Source: Balanoglossus misakiensis
Lineage: Eukaryota; Animalia; Hemichordata
DNA length: 64,000 nucleotides
NCBI GenBank assembly: GCA_040954595.2
Contig: CM082590.2
Coordinates: forward strand, 11,000,088 to 11,064,087
Direction of reading: 5' to 3'
A program made the translations under genes and the position numbers. The notes under the pieces are model-generated. The model was not told the origin of the DNA. It saw only the letters and a program-made list of their open reading frames with translations, and searched no databases. Shown here one piece after another: positions 39,201 through 53,119 of the stretch. Every line of letters begins with the position of its first letter. Within the stretch, counting starts at the first letter, position 1.

Positions 39201-42200
39201 GTCACAGTGTTTTTGTTCAGAGTTTTTAGAGTCACAATGTTTCTGTTCAAAGTTTTGCAGGTTCCACAAAAGTTGGTCCAATGTCATGAAGATTCCTTGC
39301 AATTCCAAAAGTCTTCTTAATTCACACATTCCTCTTCAATTGCACAAAAAATCCCACCAGTCAAAGTACTGTCTCTGAGATCAGCAACTTTCGAAGAATT
39401 CCACAGTTCCAAGCCTTCAAGGTTCCATTTTCAAAGTCACAGAGTTTTTAGAGTCACAAATGTTTTTGTTCAGAGTTTATAGAGTCACAAATGTTTTTGT
39501 CCAGAGTTTTGCAAGTTCCACAAAAGTTGGTCCAATGTCATGAAGATTCCTTGCAATTCCAAAAGTCTTCTTAATTAACACATTCCTCTTCAATTGCACA
39601 AAAAATCCCACCAGTCAAAGTACTGTCTCTGAGATCAGCAACTTTCGAAGAATTCCACAGTTCCACTCCTTCAAGGTTCCGTTCTCAAAGTCACAAAGTT
39701 TTTAGAGTCACAGTGTTTTTGTTCAGAGTTTTTAGAGTCACAATGTTCCTGTTCAAAGTTTTGCAGGTTCCACAAAAGTTGGTCCAATGTCATGAAGATT
39801 CCTTGCAATTCCAAAAGTCTTCTTAATTCACACATTCCTCTTCAATTGCACAAAAAATCCCACCAGTCAAAGTACTGTCTCTGAGATCAGCAACTTTCGA
39901 AGAATTCCACAGTTCCAAGCCTTCAAGGTTCCATTTTCAAAGTCACAGAGTTTTTAGAGTCACAAATGTTTTTGTTCAGAGTTTATAGAGTCACAAATGT
40001 TTTTGTCCAGAGTTTTGCAAGTTCCACAAAAGTTGGTCCAATGTCATGAAGATTCCTTGCAATTCCAAAAGTCTTCTTAATTAACACATTCCTCTTCAAT
40101 TGCACAAAAAATCCCACCAGTCAAAGTACTGTCTCTGAGATCAGCAACTTTCGAAGAATTCCACAGTTCCACTCCTTCAAGGTTCCGTTCTCAAAGTCAC
40201 AAAGTTTTTAGAGTCACAGTGTTTTTGTTCAGAGTTTTTAGAGTCACAATGTTCCTGTTCAAAGTTTTGCAGGTTCCACAAAAGTTGGTCCAATGTCATG
40301 AAGATTCCTTGCAATTCCAAAAGTCTTCTTAATTCACACATTCCTCTTCAATTGCACAAAAAATCCCACCAGTCAAAGTACTGTCTCTGAGATCAGCAAC
40401 TTTCGAAGAATTCCACAGTTCCAAGCCTTCAAGGTTCAGTTTTCAAAGTCACAAAGTTTTTAGAGTCACAAATGTTTTGTTCAGAGTTTATAGAGTCACA
40501 AATGTTTTTGTCCAGAGTTTATATAGTCACAAATGTTTTGTTCAGAGTTTATAGAGTCACAAATGTTTTTGGCCAGAGTTTTGCAGGTTCCACAAATCTT
40601 GGTGCAATCTCATGTTGATTCCTTGCAATTCCAAAGTCTTCCGAATTCACACATTTGACTTACCTTACACAATTGAATGTCAGTGCTAATTAATTTACCT
40701 GAAATATAATCTCAAGATAATGCCAAAAATGTTAATTCCAACAAAGTTTGAATAGTCATTTTAACACTTTTTCTAAAGTTCAGATTTCTGGCAAACAGTG
40801 GGTTCAACTTACAAACTAGTCATCAGCAAAGTTCTTTACACGATGGACATCTTCTCCTGACTCAAAACTTGAATAAAACCATGGACATTTTTAGATAGTA
40901 CTGATCACTCACTGAATGATGTCAATGCCATGGCAACAGGTCCGCATCACTCTGGTCCAAACGGCTGTATCTGAAATATACTCAAGACTTTGACAAGATT
41001 TATATGCGGAAACAACAAATTCAAACATATTTTGTAGACTTTGGATTCTTGAAAAAAACCATGGAAATTTTTAGACAGGACTCACTCACTGAATGATGTC
41101 AATGCCATGGCAACAGGTCAGCACCACTCTGGTCCAAACGGCTGTATCTGAAATATACTCAAGACTTTGACAAGATTTATATGCGGAAACAACAAATTCA
41201 AACATATTTTGTAGACTTTGGATTCTTGAAAAAAACCATGGAAATTTTTAGACAGGACTCACTCACTGAATGATGTCAATGCCATGGCAAAAGGTCAGCA
41301 CCACTCTGGTCCAAACAGCTGTATCTGAAATATACTCAAGACTTTGACAAGATTTATATGCGGAAACAACAAATTCAAACATATTTTGTAGACTTTGGAT
41401 TCTTGAAAAAAACCATGGAAATTTTTAGACAGGACTCACTCACTGAATGATGTCAATGCCATGGCAACAGGTCAGCACCACTCTGGTCCAAACGGCTGTA
41501 TCTGAAATATACTCAAGACTTTGACAAGATTTATATGCGGAAACAACAAATTCAAACATATTTTGTAGACTTTGGATTCTTGAAAAAAACCATGGACATT
41601 TTTAGATAGTACTGATCACTCACTGAATGATGTCAATGCCATGGCAACAGGTCCGCACCACTCTGGTCCAAACGGCTGTATCTGAAATATACTCAAGACT
41701 TTGACAAGATTTATATGCGGAAACAACAAATTCAAACATATTTTGTAGACTTTGGATTCTTGAAAAAAACCATGGAAATTTTTAGACAGGACTCACTCAC
41801 TGAATGATGTCAATGCCATGGCAACAGGTCAGCACCACTCTGGTCCAAACGGCTGTATCTGAAATATACTCAAGACTTTGACAAGATTTATATGTGGAAA
41901 CAACAAATTCAAACATATTTTGTAGACTTTGGATCCACATACAGGAAGAGAGTTATTCGTTTTGTTGTCTGATGAGAGGCATCTTGTGTTGGTCTTGTTG
42001 ATGCGATATTCCTTCATCCTGTGAATTCTTTTCTTGATTGACAAGCTTCATTCCACATGAAATATTTTTCCATCTCCAATGGCATCATGGCATCACAGTC
42101 CTGATGATCACCGTGGCATCAATACGGATAATGTTCAAAATGGGCTAAAAGTATTCATCTTCTTTTCCATCTCTTGTTGTCTTGACGATATCCTTAAATT

Positions 42201-45200
42201 CTGTGGATTGACAACAAAATGTTATCAAGTATGATTGACATGTAGAACCAAACAGTTTGTAATAAGCCTCCCTTCAAATCAAATCTGATTCAGTAATTTC
42301 CAATCTCATTTCTAATCTGTCTTTGCATATTACTGTTGCCACAACAAAAGCTGACATCCACTACTGTTTGAAGAAAGTTTAGACATAACATCTATAAGCT
42401 TACCTTTGTTTCCATAAAAAAGAATTATGGTAACTCTCTTGCTAACAGCTTTGCCTTCGAGTTCTCAGCTTTTCAGCCAGTTGAACTGTCTGAGATGAAA
42501 TTCGCGTTCGTTCCTCTAATGACTAGTTCGCGACAAATTACAGAAGCTACCCTAAACCCTTACGTTAAATATGTGTGCGTGTTTGTGTGTGCGTGAGTGC
42601 GGGGGGCGGGGAGGGGAGGGGAATTCTAAAATAAGTAAATTAACCGATACAGCTTACTTGGCAATCCCAGCAAACGAACCATCTTTCGAAGATTCCAGAG
42701 TTCCTGCGTTCAACGTTCAGTTCCAAAGTCACAAAGTTTATAGAGTCACAGTGTTTTTGTTCAGAGTTTTTAGAGTCACAATGTTCCTGTTCACAGTTTT
42801 GCAAGTTCCACAAAAGTTGGTCCAATGTCATGAAGATTCCTTGCAATTCCAAAAGTCTTCTTAATTCACACATTCCTCTTCAATTGCACAAAAAAATCCC
42901 ACCAGTCAAAGTACTGTCTCTGAGATCAGCAACTTTCGAAGAATTCCACAGTTCCACTCCTTCAAGGTTCCGTTCTCAAAGTCACAAAGTTTTTCGAGTC
43001 ACAGTGTTTTTGTCCAGAGTTTTGCAAGTTCCACAAAAGTTGGTCCAATGTCATGAAGATTCCTTGCAATTCCAAAAGTCTTCTTAATTCACACATTCCT
43101 CTTCAATTGCACAAAAAAATCCCACCAGTCAAAGTACTGTCTCTGAGATCAGCAACTTTCGAAGAATTCCACAGTTCCACTCCTTCAAGGTTCAGTTTTC
43201 AAAGTCACAAAGTTTTTAGAGTCACAAATGTTTTGTTCAGAGTTTATAGAGTCACAAATGTTTTTGTCCAGAGTTTATAGAGTCACAAATGTTTTGTCCA
43301 GAGTTTATAGAGTCACAAATGTTTTGTTCAGAGTTTATAGAGTCACAAATGTTTTTGTCCAGAGTTTATAGAGTCACAAATGTTTTGTTCAGAGTTTATA
43401 GAGTCACAAATGTTTTCGTCCAGAGTTTTGCAGGTTCCACAAATCTTGGTGCAATCTCATGTTGATTCCTTGCAATTCCAAAGTCTTCCGAATTCACACA
43501 TTTGACTTACCTTACACAATTGAATGTCAGTGCTAATTAATTTACCTGAAATATAATCTCAAGATAATGCCAAAAATGTTAATTCCAACAAAGTTTGAAT
43601 AGTCATTTTAACACTTTTTCTAAAGTTCAGATTTCTGGCAAACAGTGGGTTCAACTTACAAACTAGTCATCAGCAAAGTTCTTTACACGATGGACATCTT
43701 CTCCTGACTCAAAACTTGAAAAAAACCATGGACATTTTTAGATAGTACTGATCACTCACTGAATGATGTCAATGCCATGGCAACAGGTCAGCACCACTCT
43801 GGTCCAAACGGCTGTATCTGAAATATACTCAAGACTTTGACAAGATTTATATGCGGAAACAACAAATTCAAACATATTTTGTAGACTTTGGATTCTTGAA
43901 AAAAAACATGGAAATTTTTAGACAGGACTCACTCACTGAATGATGTCAATGCCATGGCAACAGGTCAGCACCACTCTGGTCCAAACGGCTGTATCTGAAA
44001 TATACTCAAGACTTTGACAAGATTTATATGCGGAAACAACAAATTCAAACATATTTTGTAGACTTTGGATTCTTGAAAAAAACCATGGAAATTTTTAGAC
44101 AGGACTCACTCACTGAATGATGTCAATGCCATGGCAACAGGTCAGCACCACTCTGGTCCAAACGGCTGTATCTGAAATATACTCAAGACTTTGACAAGAT
44201 TTATATGCGGAAACAACAAATTCAAACATATTTTGTAGACTTTGGATTCTTGAAAAAAAACATGGAAATTTTTAGACAGGACTCACTCACTGAATGATGT
44301 CAATGCCATGGCAACAGGTCAGCACCACTCTGGTCCAAACGGCTGTATCTGAAATATACTCAAGACTTTGACAAGATTTATATGCGGAAACAACAAATTC
44401 AAACATATTTTGTAGACTTTGGATTCTTGAAAAAAAACATGGAAATTTTTAGACAGGACTCACTCACTGAATGATGTCAATGCCATGGCAACAGGTCAGC
44501 ACCACTCTGGTCCAAACGGCTGTATCTGAAATATACTCAAGACTTTGACAAGATTTATATGCGGAAACAACAAATTCAAACATATTTTGTAGACTTTGGA
44601 TTCTTGAAAAAAAAACATGGAAATTTTTAGACAGGACTCACTCACTGAATGATGTCAATGCCATGGCAACAGGTCAGCACCACTCTGGTCCAAACGGCTG
44701 TATCTGAAATATACTCAAGACTTTGACAAGATTTATATGCGGAAACAACAAATTCAAACATATTTTGTAGACTTAGGATCCACATACAGGAAGAGAGTTA
44801 TTCGTTTTGTTGTCTGTTGAGAGGCATCTTGTGTTGGTCTTGTTGATGCGATATTCCTTCATCCTGTGAATTCTTTTCTTGATTGACAAGCTTCATTCCA
44901 CATGAAATATTTTTCCATCTCCAATGGCATCATGGCATCACAGTTCTGATGATCACCGTGGCATCAATACGGATAATGTTCAAAATGGGCTAAAAGTCCT
45001 CATCTTCTTTTCCATCTCTTGTTGTCTTGACGATATCCTTAAGATCTGTGGATTGACAACAAAATGTTATAAAGTATGATCGACATGTAGAACCAAACAG
45101 TTTGTAATAAGCATCCCTTCAAATCAAATCTGATTCAGTAATTTCCCATCCCATTTCTAATCTATCTTTGCATATTACTGTTGCCACAACAAAGGCTTAC

Positions 45201-48200
45201 ATCCACTACTGTTTGAAGAAAGTTTACACTTAACATCTATAAGCTTACCTTTGTTTCCATAAAAAAAGAATTATGGTAACTCTCTTGCTAACAGCTTTTC
45301 CTTCGAGTTCTCAGCTTTTCAGCCAGTTGAACTGCCCGAGATGAAAATCGCGTTCGTTCCTCTAATGACTGGTTCGCGACAAATTACGGAAGTTACCCTA
45401 AACTTTTACGTTAATTATGTGTGCGTGTTTGTGTGTGCATGAGTGCGGGGGGCGGGGAGGGGGAGGGGATCTAAAGAAAGTAAATTAACCGATACAGCTT
45501 ACTTGGCAATCCCAGCAAACGAACCATCTTTCGAAGATTCCAGAGTTCCTGTGTTCAACGTTCAGTTCCAAAGTCACAAAGTTTTTAGAGTCACAGTGTT
45601 TTTGTTCAGAGTTTTTAGAGTCACAATGTTCCTGTTCAAAGTTTTTCTGATTCCACAAAAGTTGGTCCAATGTCATGAAGATTTCTTGCAATTCCAAAAG
45701 TCTTCTTAATTCACACATTCCTCTTCAATTGCACAACAAATCCCACCAGTCAAAGTACTGTCTCTGAGATCAGCAACTTTCGAAGAATTCCACAGTTCCA
45801 CTCCTTCAAGGTTCCGTTCTCAAAGTCACAAAGTTTTTAGAGTCACAGTGTTTTTGTTCAGAGTTTTTAGAGTCACAATGTTCCTGTTCAAAGTTTTGCA
45901 GGTTCCACAAAAGTTGGTCCAATGTCATGAAGATTCCTTGCAATTCCAAAAGTCTTCTTAATTCACACATTCCTCTTCAATTGCACAAAAAATCCCACCA
46001 GTCAAAGTACTGTCTCTGAGATCAGCAACTTTCGAAGAATTCCACAGTTCCAAGCCTTCAAGGTTCAGTTTTCAAAGTCACAAAGTTTTTAGAGTAACAA
46101 ATGTTTTGTTCAGAGTTTATAGAGTCACAAATGTTTTTGTCCAGAGTTTATAGAGTCACAAATGTTTTGTTCAGAGTTTATAGAGTCACAAATGTTTTTG
46201 TCCAGAGTTTTGCAGGTTCCACAAATCTTGGTGCAATCTCATGTTGATTCCTTGCAATTCCAAAGTCTTCCGAATTCACACATTTGACTTACCTTACACA
46301 ATTGAATGTCAGTGCTAATTAATTTACCTGAAATTTAATCTCAAGATAATGCCAAAAATGTTAATTCCAACAAAGTTTGAATAGTCATTTTAACACTATT
46401 TCTAAAGTTCAGATTTCTGGCAAACAGTGGGTTCAACTTACAAACTAGTCATCAGCAAAGTTCTTTACACGATGGACATCTTCTCCTGACTCAAAACTTG
46501 AAAAAAACCATGGACATTTTTAGATAGTACTGATCACTCACTGAATGATGTCAATGCCATGGCAACAGGTCCGCATCACTCTGGTCAAAACGGCTGTATC
46601 TGAAATATACTCAAGACTTTGACAAGATTTATATGCGGAAACAACAAATTCAAACATATTTTGTAGACTTTGGATCCACATAAAAAAAACATGGAAATTT
46701 TTAGACAGGACTCACTCACTGAATGATGTCAATGCCATGGCAACAGGTCAGCACCACTCTGGTCCAAACGGCTGTATCTGAAATATACTCAAGACTTTGA
46801 CAAGATTTATATGCGGAAACAACAAATTCAAACATATTTTGTAGACTTTGGATTCTTGAAAAAAACCATGGAAATTTTTAGACAGGACTCACTCACTGAA
46901 TGATGTCAATGCCATGGCAACAGGTCAGCACCACTCTGGTCCAAACGGCTGTATCTGAAATATACTCAAGACTTTGACAAGATTTATATGCGGAAACAAC
47001 AAATTCAAACATATTTTGTAGACTTTGGATCCACATACAGGAAAAGAGTTATTCGTTTTGTTGTCTGTTGAGAGGCATCTTGTGTTGGTCTTGTTGATGC
47101 GATATTCCTTCATCCTGTGAATTCTTTTCTTGATTGACAAGCTTCATTCCACATGAAATATTTTTCCATCTCCAATGGCATCATGGCATCACAGTCCTGA
47201 TGATCACCGTGGCATCAATACGGATAATGTTCAAAATGGGCTAAAAGTATTCATCTTCTTTTCCATCTCTTGTTGTCTTGACGATATCCTTAAATTCTGT
47301 GGATTGACAACAAAATGTTATCAAGTATGATCGACATGTAGAACCAAACAGTTTGTAATAAGCCTCCCTTGAAATCAAATCTGATTCAGTAATTTCCCAT
47401 CCCATTTCTAATCTATCTTTGCATATTACTGTTGCCACAACAAAGGCTGACATCCACTACTGTTTGAAGAAAGTTTAGACATAACACCTATAAGCTTACC
47501 TTTGTTTCCATAAAAAAGAATTATGGTAACTCTCTTGCTAACAGCTTTTCCTTCGAGTTCTCAGCTTTTCAGCCAGTTGAACTGCCCGAGATGAAAATCG
47601 CGTTCGTTCCTCTAATGACCGGTTCGCGACAAATTACAGAAGCTACCCTAAACCCTTACGTTAAATATGTGTGCGTGTTTGTGTGTGCGTGAGTGCGGGG
47701 GGCGGGGAGGGGAGGGGAATTCTAAAATAAGTAAATTAACCGATACAGCTTACTTGGCAATCCCAGCAAACGAACCATCTTTCGAAGATTCCAGAGTTCC
47801 TGCGTTCAACGTTCAGTTCCAAAGTCACAAAGTTTATAGAGTCACAGTGTTTTTGTTCAGAGTTTTTAGAGTCACAATGTTCCTGTTCAAAGTTTTTCTG
47901 ATTCCACAAAAGTTGGTCCAATGTCATGAAGATTCCTTGCAATTCCAAAAGTCTTCTTAATTCACACATTCCTCTTCAATTGCACAAAAAAATCCCACCA
48001 GTCAAAGTACTGTCTCTGAGATCAGCAACTTTCGAAGAATTCCACAGTTCCACTCCTTCAAGGTTCCGTTCTCAAAGTCACAAAGTTTTTCGAGTCACAG
48101 TGTTTTTGTCCAGAGTTTTGCAAGTTCCACAAAAGTTGGTCCAATGTCATGAAGATTCCTTGCAATTCCAAAAGTCTTCTTAATTCACACATTCCTCTTC

Positions 48201-50995
48201 AATTGCACAAAAAAATCCCACCAGTCAAAGTACTGTCTCTGAGATCAGCAACTTTCGAAGAATTCCACAGTTCCAAGCCTTCAAGGTTCAGTTTTCAAAG
48301 TCACAAAGTTTTTAGAGTAACAAATGTTTTGTCCAGAGTTTTGCAAGTTCCACAAAAGTTGGTCCAATGTCATGAAGATTCCTTGCAATTCCAAAAGTCT
48401 TCTTAATTCACACATTCCTCTTCAATTGCACAAAAAAATCCCACCAGTCAAAGTACTGTCTCTGAGATCAGCAACTTTCGAAGAATTCCACAGTTCCACT
48501 CCTTCAAGGTTCAGTTTTCAAAGTCACAAAGTTTTTAGAGTCACAAATGTTTTGTTCAGAGTTTATAGAGTCACAAATGTTTTTGTCCAGAGTTTATAGA
48601 GTCACAAATGTTTTGTCCAGAGTTTATAGAGTCACAAATGTTTTGTTCAGAGTTTATAGAGTCACAAATGTTTTTGTCCAGAGTTTATAGAGTCACAAAT
48701 GTTTTGTTCAGAGTTTATAGAGTCACAAATGTTTTTGTCCAGAGTTTTGCAGGTTCCACAAATCTTGGTGCAATCTCATGTTGATTCCTTGCAATTCCAA
48801 AGTCTTCCGAATTCACACATTTGACTTACCTTACACAATTGAATGTCAGTGCTAATTAATTTACCTGAAATATAATCTCAAGATAATGCCAAAAATGTTA
48901 ATTCCAACAAAGTTTGAATAGTCATTTTAACACTATTTCTAAAGTTCAGATTTCTGGCAAACAGTGGGTTCAACTTACAAACTAGTCATCAGCAAAGTTC
49001 TTTACACGATGGACATCTTCTCCTGACTCAAAACTTGAATAAAACCATGGACATTTTTAGATAGTACTGATCACTCACTGAATGATGTCAATGCCATGGC
49101 AACAGGTCAGCACCACTCTGGTCCAAACGGCTGTATCTGAAATATACTCAAGACTTTGACAAGATTTATATGCGGAAACAACAAATTCAAACATATTTTG
49201 TAGACTTTGGATTCTTGAAAAAAAACATGGAAATTTTTAGACAGGACTCACTCACTGAATGATGTCAATGCCATGGCAACAGGTCAGCACCACTCTGGTC
49301 CAAACGGCTGTATCTGAAATATACTCAAGACTTTGACAAGATTTATATGCGGAAACAACAAATTCAAACATATTTTGTAGACTTTGGATCCACATACAGG
49401 AAGAGAGTTATTCGTTTTGTTGTCTGTTGAGAGGCATCTTGTGTTGGTCTTGTTGATGCGATATTCCTTCATCCTGTGAATTCTTTTCTTGATTGACAAG
49501 CTTCATTCCACATGAAATATTTTTCCATCTCCAATGGCATCATGGCATCACAGTTCTGATGATCACCGTGGCATCAATACGGATAATGTTCAAAATGGGC
49601 TAAAAGTCCTCATCTTCTTTTCCATCTCTTGTTGTCTTGACGATATCCTTAAGATCTGTGGATTGACAACAAAATGTTATCAAGTATGATCGACATGTAG
49701 AACCAAACAGTTTGTAATAAGCCTCCCTTCAAATCAAATCTGATTCAGTAATTTCCCATCCCATTTCTAATCTATCTTTGCATATTACTGTTGCCACAAC
49801 AAAGGCTTACATCCACTACTGTTTGAAGAAAGTTTACACTTAACATCTATAAGCTTACCTTTGTTTCCATAAAAAAAGAATTATGGTAACTCTCTTGCTA
49901 ACAGCTTTTCCTTCGAGTTCTCAGCTTTTCAGCCAGTTGAACTGCCCGAGATGAAAATCGCGTTCGTTTCTCTAATGACTGGTTCGCGACAAATTACGGA
50001 AGTTACCCTAAACTTTTACGTTAATTATGTGTGCGTGTTTGTGTGTGCGTGAGTGCGGGGGGCGGGGAGGGGAGGGGGAATCTAAAGAAAGTAAATTAAC
50101 CGATACAGCTTACTTGGCAATCCCAGCAAACGAACCATCTTTCGAAGATTCCAGAGTTCCTGCGTTCAACGTTCAGTTCCAAAGTCACAAAGTTTTTAGA
50201 GTCACAGTGTTTTTGTTCAGAGTTTTTAGAGTCACAATGTTCCTGTTCAAAGTTTTTCTGATTCCACAAAAGTTGGTCCAATGTCATGAAGATTCCTTGC
50301 AATTCCAAAAGTCTTCTTAATTCACACATTCCTCTTCAATTGCACAAAACATCCCACCAGTCAAAGTACTGTCTCTGAGATCAGCAACTTTCGAAGAATT
50401 CCACAGTTCCACGCCTTCAAGGTTCAGTTTTCAAAGTCACAAAGTTTTTAGAGTCACAAATGTTTTGTTTAGAGTTTATAGAGTCACAAATGTTTTTGTC
50501 CAGAGTTTTGCAGGTTCCACAAAAGTTGGTCCAATGTCATGAAGATTCCTTGCAATTCCAAAAGTCTTCTTAATTAACACATTCCTCTTCAATTGCACAA
50601 AAAATCCCACCAGTCAAAGTACTGTCTCTGAGATCAGCAACTTTCGAAGAATTCCACAGTTCCACTCCTTCAAGGTTCAGTTTTCAAAGTCACAAAGTGT
50701 TTAGAGTCACAAATGTTTTGTTCAGAGTTTATAGAGTCACAAATGTTTTTGTCCAAAGTTTTGCAGGTTCCACAAATCTTGATGCAATCTCATGTTGATT
50801 CCTTGCAATTCCAAAGTCTTCCGAATTCACACATTTGACTTACCTTACACAATTGAATGTCAGTGCTAATTAATTTAACTGAAATATAAACTCAAGATAA
50901 TGCCAAAAATGTTAATTCCAACAAAGTTTGAAGAGCCGTCATTTTAACACTATTTCTAAAGTTCAGATTTCTGGCAAACAGTGGGTTCAACGTGT
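36220..50995. repeat. Higher-order tandem array, 6 units of ~2.0-3.5 kb: (A177)n-B(~730)-(C~250)m-D(~200)
   Basis: B blocks start at ~36390, 38385, 41930, 44775, 47025 and 49385. A-monomer (177/180 bp) counts are 1, 2, 6, 6, 3, 2; C-monomer (~223-254 bp) counts are 3, 6, 3, 3, 4, 3. C contains a 28-29-bp subrepeat (agagtcacaaatgttttgttcagagtttat) expanded to ~7 copies at 43210-43430 and 48530-48750. Units look near-identical by eye. Confidence 0.97.
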
Positions 50996-51513
50996 AATTA
51001 TTAAGACAGTACTCACTCACTCACTGAATGACATTGTCAATGTCATGGCAACTGAGACCAATATCGGTGTAATTCTTGAGAGCTGAACAGGAACGACACG
51101 CAGTCAATACAGAGACAAGACACTTTGAATAGAAACCAAAGGAAGTTCGGGCAGCTGGCAAAGTCCATTGCTTGTTGAAGTCCATCCAGCTCTGTGTAGC
51201 ACTATTCGTTGACTGAAGGAGAATTCTGTTGAGTTGCTGCATGTTTTGGGCTTGCTGATACAATTCTGTGAGTTCTGTGATATCCTTTCATGAATGGTAA
51301 GCTTCTTTTAACAATATCGTTCTCATTTTTGCATTCTGTCTCCTGTGGTTAGATAGAACAAAAATACAAAAAAATTATATTCAGATATCTTTTGAATAAG
51401 ACTTACATTACATTCTGACCAACAATTTCATCAGGCAAACAAAGCTTTAAAAGTTCTGTTAATTTCTAGTAAGAGGTTGGGGGGAGGGGGTTTCCTTTTA
51501 AAACTCACTTTAA

Positions 51514-52762
51514 AAGGGACAATAAAGATCTCTCTCTCTCGCTGCCCTTTCGCCATTAATTATGTTTGATACAAGACACAATTTATGTTAATGTACATTT
51601 GGATATACCGTACTTGCCCGGGTAAGAGCCCCGGGTGCTGGGCCCATAGATTAGCGAAAAAACAGGTGGGGGGGGGGGGGGGGGGGGGGCTTTAGACCGG
51701 ATATGGCCTCGATCTTCAAATGGGCCCTAAAACCAGGGGGGGCGTTTGTCCGAGCAGGGGTTCTTACCCGGGCAAGTACGGTATAGTGAATCAATGATCA
51801 ACCACACAAAACTTCCTTCCCACTTGTATGACATGAGAGTAAAAACTCACCCAAAATGAATAAATGGTAGAGAACGATTATTCATTTTGGCAAGTTCTTT
51901 CACTCTCGTGTCTACAAGCAGGATGGAAGTTGTGTGTGGTTGAACATTGATCCACTATGCATCCAAATGTTCATTAACATAAATGGTGTGTTGCATCAAA
52001 TATAATTTATGGAAAAAGGGCAGCGAGAGAGAGACTTTGTCCCTTGAGATGAAAGGGACAAAGTCTCTCTCTCTTGCTGCCCTTTTTCCATTATTTATGT
52101 TTGATACAAGACACCATTTATGTTAATGTACATGCATATGTAGTGAATGAACGTTCAACCACAAACAACTTCCATCTCCCTTGTATGATACGAGAGTAAA
52201 AATCTCGCCCAAAATGAATAAATGGTAGAGAACGATTATTCATTTTGGCAAGTTCTTTCACTCTCGTGTCTACAAGCAGGATGGAAGTTGTGTGTGGTTG
52301 AACATTGATCCACTATGTATCCAAATGTACATTAACATAAATGGTGTGTTGTATCAAACATAATTTATGGAAAAAGGGCAGCGAGAGAGAGATTTTGTCC
52401 CTTGAGATGAAAGGGACAAAGTCTCTCTCTCTTGCTGCCCTTTTTCCATTATTTATGGTTGATACAAGACACCATTTATGTTAATGTACATGCATATGTA
52501 GTGAATGAACGTTCAACCACAAACAACTTCCATCTCACTTGTATGATACGAGAGTAAAAAACTCGCCCAAAATGAATAAATGGTAGAGAACAATTATTCA
52601 TTTTGGCAAGTTCTTTCACTCTCGTGTCTACAAGCAGGATGGAAGTTGTGTGTGGTTGAACATTGATCCACTATGTATCCAAATGTACATTAACATAAAT
52701 GGTGTGTTGTATCAAACATTATTTATGGAAAAAGGGCAGCGAGAGAGAGACTTTGTCCCTTT
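51514..52762. mobile_element. Three head-to-tail copies of a ~350-bp Kolobok-like MITE
   Basis: TIR aaagggacaaagtctctctctc(t)gctgccctttt; copies at ~51514-52045, 52052-52403 and 52410-52762, joined by an identical GAGATG spacer (period 358 bp). The first copy follows a TTAA. Confidence 0.85.
51608..51781. mobile_element. Tc1/mariner-type MITE nested in the first Kolobok-like MITE
   Basis: TA|CCGTACTTGCCCGGGTAAGA.CCCC ... GGGG.TCTTACCCGGGCAAGTACGG|TA; TA target duplication; absent from sibling copies; internal poly-G run. Confidence 0.88.
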
Positions 52763-53117
52763 AGGTGTATTTTTATAATAATTGTAGGAAATTGTTGGTG
52801 TGTAGTAGTTTATTGCGTCTCAAGGCCAACAGCCCATATGCAAGGGGATTACAATTCAAAATATACAAATAGATCAGAAAATAAAAATAACTTTTTGACA
52901 GGAAAAGAAAAAAAAGTCTTTTTTTTTCTTTTCCTGTCAAAGAGTTCTTTTTATTTTCAATATCTATTTGTATATTTTGACTTGTAATCCCCTTGCATAT
53001 GGGCTGTTGGCCTTGAGACGCAATAAACTACTACACACCAACAATTTCTTACAATTATTATAAAAATACACCTAAAGGGACAAAGTCTCTCCCTCTCGCT
53101 GCCCTTTTTCCATAAAT
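52721..53117. repeat. ~400-bp near-perfect palindrome centred at 52917
   Basis: Left arm ...gcgtctcaaggccaacagcccatatgcaaggggattaca... mirrors right arm ...tgtaatccccttgcatatgggctgttggccttgagacgc...; essentially no loop. Confidence 0.92.
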
Positions 53118-53119
53118 TA

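Noticed and set aside
41085-41152. Box C/D snoRNA in the A monomer (ATGATGT...CTGA)
   Set aside because: Imperfect C box, no terminal stem, no recognisable rRNA guide, and on the strand opposite to the splice signals.
43200-43430. 29-bp repeats resembling a CRISPR array
   Set aside because: The repeats are contiguous with no unique spacers, there are no cas genes, and the context is eukaryotic.
36296-50329. Recurrent 70-97 aa ORFs in the array (MSIKKR..., MCELRR..., MCACLC...)
   Set aside because: They recur only because the DNA is repeated; there are no recognisable domains, some start at non-ATG codons, and A-run indels disrupt frames in some monomers.
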